Of a DNA stretch of 64,000 nucleotides, positions 39,767-49,804 are shown piece by piece. A program made the translations under genes and the position numbers. This DNA is from a bacterium (GTDB lineage Bacteria; UBA8248). The stretch spans positions 224,001 to 288,000 of the forward strand of contig CBDATS010000004.1 in NCBI GenBank assembly GCA_965200245.1, read 5' to 3'. The number at the start of each line of letters is the position of its first letter. The first letter of the stretch is position 1. The notes beneath the pieces were generated by a model. The model worked only from the letters and a program-made list of their open reading frames with translations. It ran no database searches and was not told the DNA's origin.

Positions 39767-40054
39767 ATGCAGTTGCAAAACAAGGGAACCTGGCTGAGGA
39801 GCACCCTGCTCGCCGCCGCACTCCTGTTCGGTGCGGCGGCGTTGCGCCGGCCGGGGCCTTTCCCATGCTGGAGTGCGTACATCGTCACCGTCGGCGGGGT
39901 TCCCGGTATCGCGGGGAGCCTGACGCCGTTCTTTCCCACGCTGAGTCCGGTGCGCCAGTTCGCACTGACCGCATTCAGCGTCCGGGCACTGGCCGTCGGC
40001 TTCCTGCTGCTGCGCGGCGCACGCGGATCGGCCGGAGGGTCCACCGCCGGATAG
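39767..40054 (+). pseudogene. Possible remnant: signal peptide fused to an IPTL-CTERM-like sorting tail
   Basis: High-GC patch; N-terminal hydrophobic leader and C-terminal PTLS+hydrophobic+basic tail with almost no body. Confidence 0.3.
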
Positions 40055-40148
40055 TCAGTGGAATCGTATCTCTCCCTGATTGATACAGTCCATACACACC
40101 GGAACTGTCAAAAAGGGATAGTTGCAAAAACAAATTTGTATTCCTGAC

Positions 40149-40585
40149 TTATCGTAGATGGGTGACCTCAATGCCGCCCCAGTGATCTTTAGGTACTCTG
40201 CCACGAGTCGACGGTGGCGATGATGTGGCTGGTCCTCGCTGCAGAGAAGGCATCCATCATCTATGACATCCTTCGGGGTAGTTTCCTCAATTCGCCGATC
40301 ACGCATCAGTTCGATAAATCGGGGTTCATAGGCCTTCCAGTCCATAGTCCCTGAGCGATACTCACGCAACAATTCTTTCGTGGGGGCGATATCCGGCAAA
40401 TGAATATAGTCTATCCCGCAAATCTCGTCGAGAAAGTATGCGAGATCGTTCTTCTTGGCGAAACCGGCGAGTTGCGAGCCGTTGTTGATTCGGACATCTA
40501 CTACCCGTTTCACACCCGAATTGCGGAGCAGGCTGAAGAAACGGGGTGCCGATTTCTTGGTAAACCCGATGGTGGACAGCTTCAT
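40149..40585 (-). pseudogene. DUF488 family protein, frameshifted near the 3' end
   Basis: TIGFTKKSA, VDVR, LLCSE..PHHRHRRLVAEYL (Cys to Arg); native-looking tail DHWGGIEVTHLR* lies in a shifted frame. Confidence 0.75.
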
Positions 40586-41211
40586 TGGACTGCTCCGGTG
40601 GAAGTGTTGATCAGATTTTCGTCCACGAAGGCAACGCGCCTTGCATGGCGTTCCACTGCTTGGACAACGAGATCCGCCCGGGACATGAACAGTTCGCCTT
40701 CGGGTCGCAGGTTGAAGCGTTCAAGCAAGCGATCCATCGCCTCGCCATGAGTTTCCAACTAGCCGCCGGCGTGGATATGGGCAACTTCGAGGCCACGTTC
40801 ATCAAGTGCCTGCGAGACAAGGAGTGTCCGGTGGCAGTCGAGTGGTTCCTTTTCCGCACACATGAGTGCGATGCAGTGTCTGTCACTCCCGTGAATTATG
40901 CTTTCGAGCCCGCATTGAAACAACTCGGTTGTAGCAACCCGATCATAACGGATGCGTCCGTCTTCGTAGCACTCAGGATTGGTGGAGCGACCACCTGGTT
41001 CGCGACCGAGATATACATACTCGATTCCGCCAGCCTTGTTGAGAGCATCGGCGAGCAAATCGCGATTAAACTGGACGTTAAAGCGACTGTAGGCTACTGA
41101 CCGGACATCGGCCAGGGCAGAGACTTGATGTTGCTGCAGAAGAGAACAGAAAGCCTCCAGGGTATGGGTGGAATGCCCGATGGTGAATATGGGATTGTCG
41201 GTTTTAGCCAT
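40582..41211 (-). pseudogene. DUF488 family protein with premature TAG
   Basis: TIGHS, DVRS, MCAE..P.DCHR; TAG at 40759-40761, then the frame continues (LETHGEAMDRLL...) to a TGA overlapping the next ATG. Confidence 0.75.
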
Positions 41212-41218
41212 GACTGTG

Positions 41219-41889
41219 TTATTCGGCTTCGATGACTGTTGCGATCAGCTTGTAGCAATAGGCCCCGAATAGTTCCCCGAGGCTGATGGAGAGGTAGCAG
41301 TTATGAAGCTCATAGATACCGTTTGGTTTATTCAGGTACTTTTCCTCATATATGGGATCGGTGAGTGATAGTTTGTATTCCACACTCGCATGCAAAAATT
41401 TGACCGATTACCTTAGGCCTATCCCCAAAACCTGAATGCTCGGATAACCCTAACTTATCGACATGGATTAGTCTCAATGAGTTTGAGACCTTTGCTATCT
41501 GTGAGCGAGGAATCCTGTCGTTCAACTTTCCGGATGCCGCCCAGAGTCGATCCATAGAGAAGCAACAGGATCCACGAGTTCAGAGAACCGATTCCGGGGA
41601 AAAATCCCATCCTTTGTCCAACGAGAGTCAGGATCAAGCAGCCAGTTTTCGGTTTGATGCTTTTCGGGCTGGTGCTTCAGGACCGGGATGGCAATGATGT
41701 CCAGTACCTGTGGGTCCTGGCCATTCCCATATAATCGTTCCTCCTCAGATATTTCCTGCCCCTCTCTTGCACTGACAGGCCGAACCCAGTTCCCTGCTTC
41801 CTGATTTTTGCTCCATTCCCGGCAGCGATGCATCGCCCTCCCGGCTTACGAGAATTGGCCAGGCAAACAATGCGCTTCAACCCGGACAT
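41219..41889 (-). pseudogene. Dual-OB-fold domain protein, multiply frameshifted
   Basis: Fragments KRIVCLANSRKPGGRCIA / WVRPVS...HQTENWL / NDRIP...SLRLI / LTDPIYE...SISLGE...YCYKLIATVI* in different frames. Confidence 0.7.
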
Positions 41890-42183
41890 GATTGCTATGA
41901 TATTCCTGTTTGTCTTATGAGATGCTCCGACAACCCTGCTGGGCTTAATTTAATGCATAGGTGTACATGGTCAAATAAATCACGAATACTACTGGCTCGC
42001 TGTGATCGGGTTTTTGACGGAACAATTCGATTTATTTTAAATTGTTCACTGTCATTTCGGTAAATGCTGGGATTCAGAACCGGGTTGGGGACAACGCTTC
42101 GACTGATAGGAAACAGAAACGACAAAGGGACAAGTCATGGCCTGTCCCTACGGAATCGCCAGGCATCTCTCATACTCGTATTC

Positions 42184-42215
42184 AAAAAAACGGGGGAGCG
42201 TCGCACACTCCCCCG
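42184..42215 (-). terminator. Rho-independent terminator of the LLM operon
   Basis: CGGGGGAG/CTCCCCCG stem followed by U7 on the minus strand. Confidence 0.75.
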
Positions 42216-42239
42216 GTCACATCACGCAAGGCTTTCGAG

Positions 42240-42617
42240 CTAATACCCTTCGTCTATCACCTCTTTGAGTTGCGTGCAGCCCGCCACGAGTGCAGTCATC
42301 CCGCATGGGGGAAGCATGCACTCCAAGGCCTCGGTCGCCTCCTCGACGGTCGCGCCAAGTTGCAAGGCTTTCTTCAGGTGGTTCTTTATGCCCTCGGTGT
42401 CGGAAGGGTCCCGCGAGGCACTCGCCACAGCGATGAAGAGTTCCTTGTATTTCTCGTGAAAGGGACCCTGTTTCTTCATGATGTGGTTCTTCAGGTTTTC
42501 GTAGTTCTCAAGAAGTTCCGGGTCCACCTCGCAGAGGAGTTCATACGCCGGATAGATAAATCCCCGTGCCGCCTTCATCTCCTCGTACAAGGCCCTGCCC
42601 CGCTCGCTCATCGCCAT
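42240..42617 (-). CDS. Carboxymuconolactone decarboxylase (CMD) family protein
   Basis: KYKELFIAVA...HLKKALQLGATVEE. Confidence 0.85.
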   Translation of the reverse strand: MAMSERGRALYEEMKAARGFIYPAYELLCEVDPELLENYENLKNHIMKKQGPFHEKYKELFIAVASASRDPSDTEGIKNHLKKALQLGATVEEATEALECMLPPCGMTALVAGCTQLKEVIDEGY

Positions 42618-42661
42618 CGTGAATCCTCCTCAAGCCAACCCCCGTCTCGGGCACAAAACTC

Positions 42662-43432
42662 CTATGGATACACTTCCTTCTCGAGCACGGAAACCTCGTG
42701 CCCGGGCAGGATGTATTCCTCTTTCGTGGCGCGTTCGATGCACTTCCAGATGGAGTCCATCGCGTCGCGCATACTCGACATCTGTCCTGCGGGAACACGA
42801 CGTTCAAGTCCTTCATTTATCTGGATGACGTCGGCGGCGATGACGTAGGTGCCCACGCGCGTCTCGACGGCGACCGAACAATGCCCCGGAGTATGGCCCG
42901 GCGTGTGGAAATAGGTTACGCCCGGCACGATCTCGTAATTGTCCTTCCAGATCGGCTCGAAGATGATTCCCTGCTGCGCGATCACGGGCCAGCGGGTGTT
43001 GGGGTGAATCGGCGCGTCGTAGGGCTTCGACTGCAGCGCGACCGGGCAGATGGAGTATTGAAGCTCCTCGGCCCACACGTACTTGATGGCGTTGGTGAAC
43101 AAGTCACAGTTCTGGGAGTGATCCCAGTGGAGGTGCGTAAGGATGAGGATATCGACTTCCTCGGGCTTCCAGCCCGCGCCTTCGAGTTGCTCGCGTACGC
43201 CCTGGCCGGGTTCCCTGCTCGCGGGCCATGGGGCACCGCCGCGCTCGGGGTCCAGGAAACTGGTATCGACCACAACCTTCACATCTTTGCCGTCGTGGTC
43301 TTTCGCCCCTTCGATCATATAGATGAACGAGGGAATGGCGAGCTTCTTCCCGAAATTCGTCCAATACACCATATTGGAGTAATCCGTGTGAATGGTGCCG
43401 CAGTTCAGCGGACGGATGGTGAGGTCTGGCAT
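42662..43432 (-). CDS. Metallo-beta-lactamase fold, N-acyl-homoserine lactonase-like
   Basis: THLHWDH, TPGHTPGH, AAD, PGHE. Confidence 0.88.
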   Translation of the reverse strand: MPDLTIRPLNCGTIHTDYSNMVYWTNFGKKLAIPSFIYMIEGAKDHDGKDVKVVVDTSFLDPERGGAPWPASREPGQGVREQLEGAGWKPEEVDILILTHLHWDHSQNCDLFTNAIKYVWAEELQYSICPVALQSKPYDAPIHPNTRWPVIAQQGIIFEPIWKDNYEIVPGVTYFHTPGHTPGHCSVAVETRVGTYVIAADVIQINEGLERRVPAGQMSSMRDAMDSIWKCIERATKEEYILPGHEVSVLEKEVYP

Positions 43433-43549
43433 GGAAACTCTTCCTTTCTGCTTTGTTTCGCGGCCGTGGCGGACCGCAAACCTATGATGGCGAATACGCC
43501 GGATAATCACCGACCGGACGCCCCAAGGCCGGCGAACGGATGTTCGTGC

Positions 43550-44149
43550 TCAGGCCCGCGCGGTTCTCGCGTAGCGCACCACCTCCATCAACTCCTCGGG
43601 GCCTTCGGATTCGACCGCGTCGAGACCGAGAGCGAGGTTCAGCCGGTTGCTCATGTTCCGGTACGACACCGATCCGATAATGTCCAAAATGTTCTCGTCG
43701 CTGAAGCCCGCCCCGCGCAGCGAGTCGAGATCCTCCTCGCTCATGGCGTAGTGGTCGAACGTGAGTTTTTCGGCGAATTCGAGCATCGCCTTGTCGGCAT
43801 CGTCGAGAACCGGGGAATTGTTCCTGTCCATCACCACGGTGGCCACATCGGCCAGTGTTACGTCATCACCGCTTTCTGCACGGAAAGCCTGGCCATGGTT
43901 CATCGTTCAGCCATAGCACCCGCCGATGGTGGCCACATAGTAGGAAAGCAACTCCTCGCGTCTCTGGCCCAGCGTCGAATTGCCGCCGTGAACAGCCATG
44001 TTCATGGTCTGGCGTCCGTTCAGCACCTCAGGCCTGCGCGCCATCGTGAGCAGCAGCTTGGGCACCGCGCCTCTTTTCGCCCTGATGCCCTCAAGTATTC
44101 CGTGCGCGGGTTCCTGGGCGTCATTCAGCCTCAATGGGGATATCCACAT
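43550..44149 (-). CDS. AhpD/CMD-like peroxidase-related protein with in-frame UGA (CxxU; probable selenocysteine)
   Basis: Two track ORFs share a frame: ...ELLSYYVATIGGCYG-TGA(43907-43909)-TMNHG...FAEKLT...GFSDENILDI...NMSNRL. Confidence 0.85.
43871..43888 (-). promoter_or_regulatory. Putative bacterial SECIS hairpin
   Basis: GCTTTC-CGTGCA-GAAAGC starting 18 nt after the UGA, G at loop position 2. Confidence 0.55.
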
Positions 44150-44182
44150 TCTCCGTTCTCCTCCATACCGATACCGGTTGCT

Positions 44183-45229
44183 TTACGTCACCGCACGCTC
44201 CTCCTGGAACGCGGGCATCACCTCTTTCGCAAACCTCTCTATTGATTGAATCGCCTCGTCTTGGGCAATGCCGCGCAGAACGAAGATCATGATGTGATCC
44301 ACCCTGAATTCCGCCTGGAGTCGCTTGAGGTCGGCAATCACCTTCTCCGGCGGGCCTATGACGCCGCCGCCCTCGATGACCTCGCGGATGTCGACCTCGT
44401 AGCTCCAATTTCGCTTGAGCGCCTCTTTCTCCTCAAGCGGCATCTCGATGGCGTTCACCGCACTGCGATAGGAGAGATACCAAGATTCGGAGGGTTCGAT
44501 TTGCCTCCAAGCATGTTCCGGGTCGTCACACACGTGGACATGGTGCGCCATGAGGGAGGGATAATCGTTCGGGTCGCCCCCCCGGTTGCGCACAGTCTCC
44601 TGGAAAAGCGCCATCTTTTCCAGAAATACGTCGGGGCCCTTGAAAGTGCCCGAAGCCATTATATTGTAGCCCTTCTGTCCGGCGAAGACATAGGTCTCGG
44701 GACTCGTGCCCGCCAGCCATATGGGAGGACGAGGCTTCTGGATGGGCTTCGGGAAAATTTCTGCATCAATGCAGCTGTAATACTTCCCGTGGAAGGTGAG
44801 GCATTCTCCCTCCAGCAGGCGGGTAATCACCTCAAGACCTTCCTGCATCTTCTCCCTGCTTTCGGTGGGGGAGATGTTGAAACCCTGAAACTCTTTGGGC
44901 TGGGAACCGCGCCCGACACCAAGCTCCAGACGTCCGCCGCTCAGCACGTCAACGAGGGCCGCCTGTTCGGCGAGGCGCACCGGATTGTGGAAGGGTACGA
45001 TGCAGATAGCGGTGCCGATTCGTATCTTCCTGGTTCTTTGCGCGATGGCGAGCGCGACCATCAGGGCGTCGGGGCACATGCCCACGCGGGAGAAATGGTG
45101 CTCAGCCAGAAATACCGTGTCGTAGCCGAGTTCGTCCGCCACCTCGCACTGTTCGATCAGTTGCTCGAACTCGTGGCAATAGGTCTCCCCTTCCTGGCAG
45201 GCAGGAATATAAAAAAGCGAAAATTTCAT
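44183..45229 (-). CDS. Luciferase-like (LLM) flavin-dependent oxidoreductase
   Basis: AEHHFS, RLAEQAA.VDVLSGGRLELGVGRG, PKPIQKPRPPIW. Confidence 0.92.
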   Translation of the reverse strand: MKFSLFYIPACQEGETYCHEFEQLIEQCEVADELGYDTVFLAEHHFSRVGMCPDALMVALAIAQRTRKIRIGTAICIVPFHNPVRLAEQAALVDVLSGGRLELGVGRGSQPKEFQGFNISPTESREKMQEGLEVITRLLEGECLTFHGKYYSCIDAEIFPKPIQKPRPPIWLAGTSPETYVFAGQKGYNIMASGTFKGPDVFLEKMALFQETVRNRGGDPNDYPSLMAHHVHVCDDPEHAWRQIEPSESWYLSYRSAVNAIEMPLEEKEALKRNWSYEVDIREVIEGGGVIGPPEKVIADLKRLQAEFRVDHIMIFVLRGIAQDEAIQSIERFAKEVMPAFQEERAVT

Positions 45230-45277
45230 CTTTCATGCCTCCATGCCGTTCATGAAATGCCCGCGCGCATGGGCGGC

Positions 45278-45676
45278 TTACGCGCCCATCGTGAAGACCT
45301 TGTCCGCCCGGATACGGTAGATGACGCGCACCTGGCCCTCCTGGCGGTTGGGATAGCTCTCCACCCCCAGGTACTTCTGCGCAAGAGAATCAATGTGTTC
45401 TTCCGCCCCGTTCTCGGTAATCTCGACGACCGTGCCCTGAATTCCCACCCACCTGTAGGCATTTTCGGGGTCAACGATGGCGATCGACACCTTCGGCCTT
45501 GCGCGCATGTTCAGGTCCTTCAGGCGGTTCTTCGCAGAATTGATCTCAATGATGTCCCCGTTGGTATTGAACCACACGGGAGAGACCTGCGGAGAGCCGT
45601 CCTTGTTCTGGGTACCCAGATACAGGAGGGCCTTGGTGTCGAGAATACCGGCATGAGATTCGGGTATCAGCGCCAT
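45278..45676 (-). CDS. PPOX-class (probably F420-dependent) oxidoreductase
   Basis: GSPQVSPVW, K..N...P.VS, IDSLAQKYLG. Confidence 0.85.
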   Translation of the reverse strand: MALIPESHAGILDTKALLYLGTQNKDGSPQVSPVWFNTNGDIIEINSAKNRLKDLNMRARPKVSIAIVDPENAYRWVGIQGTVVEITENGAEEHIDSLAQKYLGVESYPNRQEGQVRVIYRIRADKVFTMGA

Positions 45677-45724
45677 GTTGGATTCCTTATATGAAAAAGA
45701 TTCTCGATTGCGTCCCGGGTACGA

Positions 45725-46699
45725 TCAGACGCACTTGGGCAAAACCTCTTCGGTGAACATTCTGAGAGATTCGTCGAAATCCTGGACTGGCGGATCGATC
45801 ATGATACTCTTGACGCCGTAGGACTCTACTTCCTTGATGCGCTCGACGCACTGTTCGGGTGTTCCCGTGATGGTGAAGCGGTCCAGAATATAGTCGGTGA
45901 TGAGGGGCACGTGCTTGGGATCCCGCCAGTTGCTCACGTCGAAATTGTCAAGAAGGTTCTGAATCTCGGGCTTGTACGGGTCAGGCACCGAATCGAGCGT
46001 CATGCGGAAGTTGTGATGCGCGCGGTTCGCCACTCGCGCCCGTACCTTCTCTCTAGCACGCACACCGTCGGTATCCACAGAGACGACCGCACCGAAAATG
46101 ACATCCATTTCCCCAAGAGAGGGGTCGCGATTCGCCATTCCCTCGTTCAGGTATTTCATCACCCAGTCCACCGTCTCCTGGTAGACGCCCGAACCCACGA
46201 TGACGCCGTCTGCGACTTCGGCCGACATGGAAAGCGTCCTGGGACCCTCGGCGGAAGTGTAGATGGGGATTTCCCGTTCACACCACATCTTCACGTTCAC
46301 GTCCTCTGCATATTCCACCGTCTCGCCGCGTGTAAACGCGCGAATGGCAGCGATGGACTCGCGCATCCGGGCGAGCCGGGCCATCTTCTTGCCCAGCGTG
46401 TAGACAGGCGTGTCGCCCGAACCAATACCGAACAGCACGCGGCCTCCCGAGAGTTCATCGAGCGTCGCGATCGTGCTCGCTGCCACGCTGTCGTCATGCA
46501 GCACCGGGTTCGTTACGCCGGGGCCGATTTTCACGTGCGAAGTATTCTCAATCGCCAGAGCGAGTGCGACGTTGTGATCCCGGCAGGTGAGGTGGCTCTC
46601 CGCAATCCAGACCTGCTCGAAGCCGTTGTCCTCGGCGTATTTCGAACGCTGCGCCACAAGCCGGATGTCATCCGGCACCAGGTGAAGACTGAAACTCAT
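45725..46699 (-). CDS. LLM oxidoreductase, Mer-like (F420-dependent type)
   Basis: IGPGVTNP, ATLDELSGGRVLFGIGSGD, GPRTL; start uncertain. Confidence 0.85.
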   Translation of the reverse strand: MSFSLHLVPDDIRLVAQRSKYAEDNGFEQVWIAESHLTCRDHNVALALAIENTSHVKIGPGVTNPVLHDDSVAASTIATLDELSGGRVLFGIGSGDTPVYTLGKKMARLARMRESIAAIRAFTRGETVEYAEDVNVKMWCEREIPIYTSAEGPRTLSMSAEVADGVIVGSGVYQETVDWVMKYLNEGMANRDPSLGEMDVIFGAVVSVDTDGVRAREKVRARVANRAHHNFRMTLDSVPDPYKPEIQNLLDNFDVSNWRDPKHVPLITDYILDRFTITGTPEQCVERIKEVESYGVKSIMIDPPVQDFDESLRMFTEEVLPKCV

Positions 46700-46751
46700 A
46701 CCCACGAAAAGCGCCTCCTGAACTTTGAAAGGAAAAGATGCCTTCAGGGCA

Positions 46752-47822
46752 TCAGGATTGACTTCCATTAGAGCCAGCGGGCACGGCGGCGTGCACCAGC
46801 GGCATGACATCGTTTGCGAAACTTTCTATCGAGCGCATCACCGAGGCATGGTCCGGCCCACGCCAAGGTGCCAGGATAAGGTGATTTACTCCGTAATCGT
46901 CGCGCAGTCTACAGATATCCGCCGCAACGGCCTGAGGATCGGCGATAATGCCGCCTCCCTTGACGATCTCGGCGACGTTCAGTTCATAGCTCCAATTGCG
47001 TTTCAAGTGCCTGGCTTCTTCCTCGGGCATTTCCACCTCATTTACCCTCGCACGGTAGCGCAGGTACTCGCCCTCGCCATCCACCGTGAGCCGGAAGCAT
47101 TCATCGACATCCTCCGCGTCGCACACGTGGATGTGGTGAACGAGTGGCCTCTCGATTCCAGCGGGGTCGACGCCTGATTTCCGGATGGCGTCCTCATACA
47201 ACCCGAACTTCTGCCTGTAGACATCCGGACCCGTAAATCCCGCCGAGGCCGTCACTTTGAAGCCGTTCTCGCCGGCGTAGGTGTAGGTTTCGGGACTCGT
47301 GCCCGCCAGCCAGATGGAGGGTCTCGGCTTCTGCAGGGGCTTGGGAAAGATTTCCACACCCTCGCAGTTATGATACCGCCCCTGGAACGTCACCTTCCGC
47401 CCTTCAAGCAGGCGGGAGAGAATGTAAAGTCCTTCCTTGAGGCGTTCCCGGCTTTCAGAAGGTCTCGCGCTGAACCCCTGGAACTCCTTGGGCTGAGAAC
47501 CTCGTCCCACGCCCAACTCCAGCCTGCCACCGCTAATGAGATCCACCATGGCAGCCTGCTCGGCCAGCCGGATGGGATCGTGGAACGACATGATGGAAAT
47601 GGCCGTCCCCAAATGTATTCTTTTCGTCTTTTGCGCGACTGCGGCACAGATGAGGAGAGGATCGGGAATCATCCCGACGCGGGAGAAGTGATGCTCGGCG
47701 TACCAGACGCACGAATAGCCCAATTCATCCGCCAGCGCGCTCTCTTCGATCATCTCCTCATGTACCAGAGCCTCCGTCATGTCTTCGGGACGGTATAGAA
47801 TGTAGAACAGCGAATATTCCAT
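46752..47822 (-). CDS. LLM flavin-dependent oxidoreductase (paralog of 44183-45229)
   Basis: AEHHFSRVGM, GVGRGSQPKEFQGF, LAGTSPETY. Confidence 0.92.
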   Translation of the reverse strand: MEYSLFYILYRPEDMTEALVHEEMIEESALADELGYSCVWYAEHHFSRVGMIPDPLLICAAVAQKTKRIHLGTAISIMSFHDPIRLAEQAAMVDLISGGRLELGVGRGSQPKEFQGFSARPSESRERLKEGLYILSRLLEGRKVTFQGRYHNCEGVEIFPKPLQKPRPSIWLAGTSPETYTYAGENGFKVTASAGFTGPDVYRQKFGLYEDAIRKSGVDPAGIERPLVHHIHVCDAEDVDECFRLTVDGEGEYLRYRARVNEVEMPEEEARHLKRNWSYELNVAEIVKGGGIIADPQAVAADICRLRDDYGVNHLILAPWRGPDHASVMRSIESFANDVMPLVHAAVPAGSNGSQS

Positions 47823-48078
47823 AAAACTATTCCCGGTATCGCAGCGTGAACCTCGATTGGGTGAGTTTCTCTTGTCCTGCCCGGAAGACGGTCCTCGCGA
47901 CGAGTAAAACGCGACCTTCAGGTTTCCCGTATTCGGAATTGGGAGTCATAATGCCGATACCGTCGCTGGCGCGTCAAGGTTGCCCGCCGAATTTACAAAT
48001 TTCGGGTTATCAAATATGCTTGGCCGCTGCTTGAATCATATTGAACGATGAAATACAGGTTTTCCAAGCGGAGGCACC

Positions 48079-48837
48079 TTGAGTTCACTCGCCTTGATTC
48101 TGGCTTTCTGCGCCGCGTTCGTCGGCTCGGGCCTCAAAGCCGTAGGCGGATTCGGCTTCGCCACCCTCACGACACCCACCGTGGCCATTTTCTGGGATTT
48201 GCCCACGGCCATCGCCGTCATTTCCATCCCCACCCTGTGCACGAGCCTCATGAACGCCTGGCGAACGCGTGCCGCCGTCCACGAGGGTTTGAGACCCTTC
48301 GTGCCCTTCTTTTCCATGAGCCTCGTGGGCCTGGCCGCCGGCCTGACGATTCTTCTGAACACCGACCCGCGCCTCATGAAATTCATCCTAGGCGCCTTTT
48401 TGATCTGCCAGATCGTCTGGCAATGGTTCCAGCCCGAAAAACCAGCGCCTGAAAAGTCCCTGAAGCGATCACTGGGCATGGGTGCGGTCGCGGGGCTGAT
48501 GCTTGGCACCATAAACATCCCTTCCCACGTCATTGCCTCATACCTCACCGGAATGAAGATATCCAAAGAGCGCTATCTCTTCGTACTGAGCGCAAGCCAG
48601 GTGGTACTCAGAGTCGCGGCCATTGCTTCCATCGCGGCGGCGGGCTACATCGGCGAGACGGCCCTGTGGCTCATACTCATTCTCTCGACGCCCGTGCTGC
48701 TCGGCTTTTTCGTGGGCACGAAGATATACAACATCTTCACGGATCAGGCGTTCTTCCGTATCGTAACTGCTGTTCTGTTCCTGATGGGCGTTATACTCCT
48801 TGTCATGAACTACGAGGGAATCGCCGCTTTTTTCTGA
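48079..48837 (+). CDS. TauE/SafE (TSUP) family membrane protein
   Basis: GGFGFA, about 8 TM helices. Confidence 0.82.
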   Translation: MSSLALILAFCAAFVGSGLKAVGGFGFATLTTPTVAIFWDLPTAIAVISIPTLCTSLMNAWRTRAAVHEGLRPFVPFFSMSLVGLAAGLTILLNTDPRLMKFILGAFLICQIVWQWFQPEKPAPEKSLKRSLGMGAVAGLMLGTINIPSHVIASYLTGMKISKERYLFVLSASQVVLRVAAIASIAAAGYIGETALWLILILSTPVLLGFFVGTKIYNIFTDQAFFRIVTAVLFLMGVILLVMNYEGIAAFF

Positions 48838-48968
48838 TTTTCTGGAATTACATCGCAAACCCTGACGGAATTGACGGGGACGAATCATCCGCGCTATTTT
48901 CAGATTCATCGCAAAAACAAAAAAAGCAAAATCATGTTCCGACAGACATTGCATAAGGACCGAACAAC

Positions 48969-49721
48969 ATGCCGGCGAAAGTAAGTATCAAGAATCTGCA
49001 TATGGAATACTACCTGAAGGACAGAAAGGTGCACGCCTTAGAGGACATCAATCTCGATATCCAGGATGGCGAGTTCCTCTGTGTCGTGGGACTGTCCGGT
49101 TGCGGGAAGACCACGCTTCTCAACATCCTGGCCGGATTCCTGAGCCATACGGCGGGTTCCATTCTCCTGGACGGCAACCCCATCTCGGCCGCGGGCCGCA
49201 TGAACCGTGGCGTCGTGTTTCAGGAATACGCGCTCTTTCCGTGGCGTACGGCGCTCAGGAACGTCGAGTTCGGCCTCGAGATGAAGGGTTTCACCAAGGA
49301 AGAACGCAGGCAAAAGGCGCAGGAATACCTGGAACTCGTTCATCTCGAGAAATTCACCCATCTCTACCCCCACAACCTCTCCGGCGGCATGAAGCAGCGC
49401 GTCGCCGTGGCACGGGCTTACGCGTACGAACCCCAGTTCATGCTGATGGACGAGCCTTTCGGCGCGCTCGACGCGCAGACGCGCGAGAACCTCCAGTCAC
49501 TGACGGTCGAGGTCTGGGAAAAAACGAAAAAGACCATCTTCTACGTCACGCACAACCTGAGCGAGGCGGTATACCTCGCCGACAGGATCATCGTTCTCGC
49601 AGGTCAGCCGGGGCAGATTCACAAGGAGATTATCGTGGACGTTCCACGTCCCCGGGACCCCTTCGACCCGAGGGTGATTGAACTCGAACATATGGCGACG
49701 GAAGCCGTACGCGGCAACTAG
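48969..49721 (+). CDS. ABC transporter ATP-binding protein (TauB/SsuB-like)
   Basis: GLSGCGKT, LSGGMKQR, DEPFGALD, VTH. Confidence 0.93.
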   Translation: MPAKVSIKNLHMEYYLKDRKVHALEDINLDIQDGEFLCVVGLSGCGKTTLLNILAGFLSHTAGSILLDGNPISAAGRMNRGVVFQEYALFPWRTALRNVEFGLEMKGFTKEERRQKAQEYLELVHLEKFTHLYPHNLSGGMKQRVAVARAYAYEPQFMLMDEPFGALDAQTRENLQSLTVEVWEKTKKTIFYVTHNLSEAVYLADRIIVLAGQPGQIHKEIIVDVPRPRDPFDPRVIELEHMATEAVRGN

Positions 49722-49744
49722 CGCAACCCCGAAAAAGAATCACA

Positions 49745-49787
49745 AACGAGAAAGGCCAACTCCACTCGGGAGTTGGCCTTTCTCGTT
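49745..49787. terminator. Bidirectional terminator hairpin between convergent genes
   Basis: 19-bp perfect inverted repeat AACGAGAAAGGCCAACTCC-actcg-GGAGTTGGCCTTTCTCGTT. Confidence 0.8.
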
Positions 49788-49804
49788 CCTGTCGGAATAA
49801 TCAG

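Noticed and set aside
40759-40761. In-frame TAG in DUF488 as pyrrolysine or programmed read-through
   Set aside because: It is not at an evident catalytic position and both neighbouring genes are frameshifted; simple decay explains it
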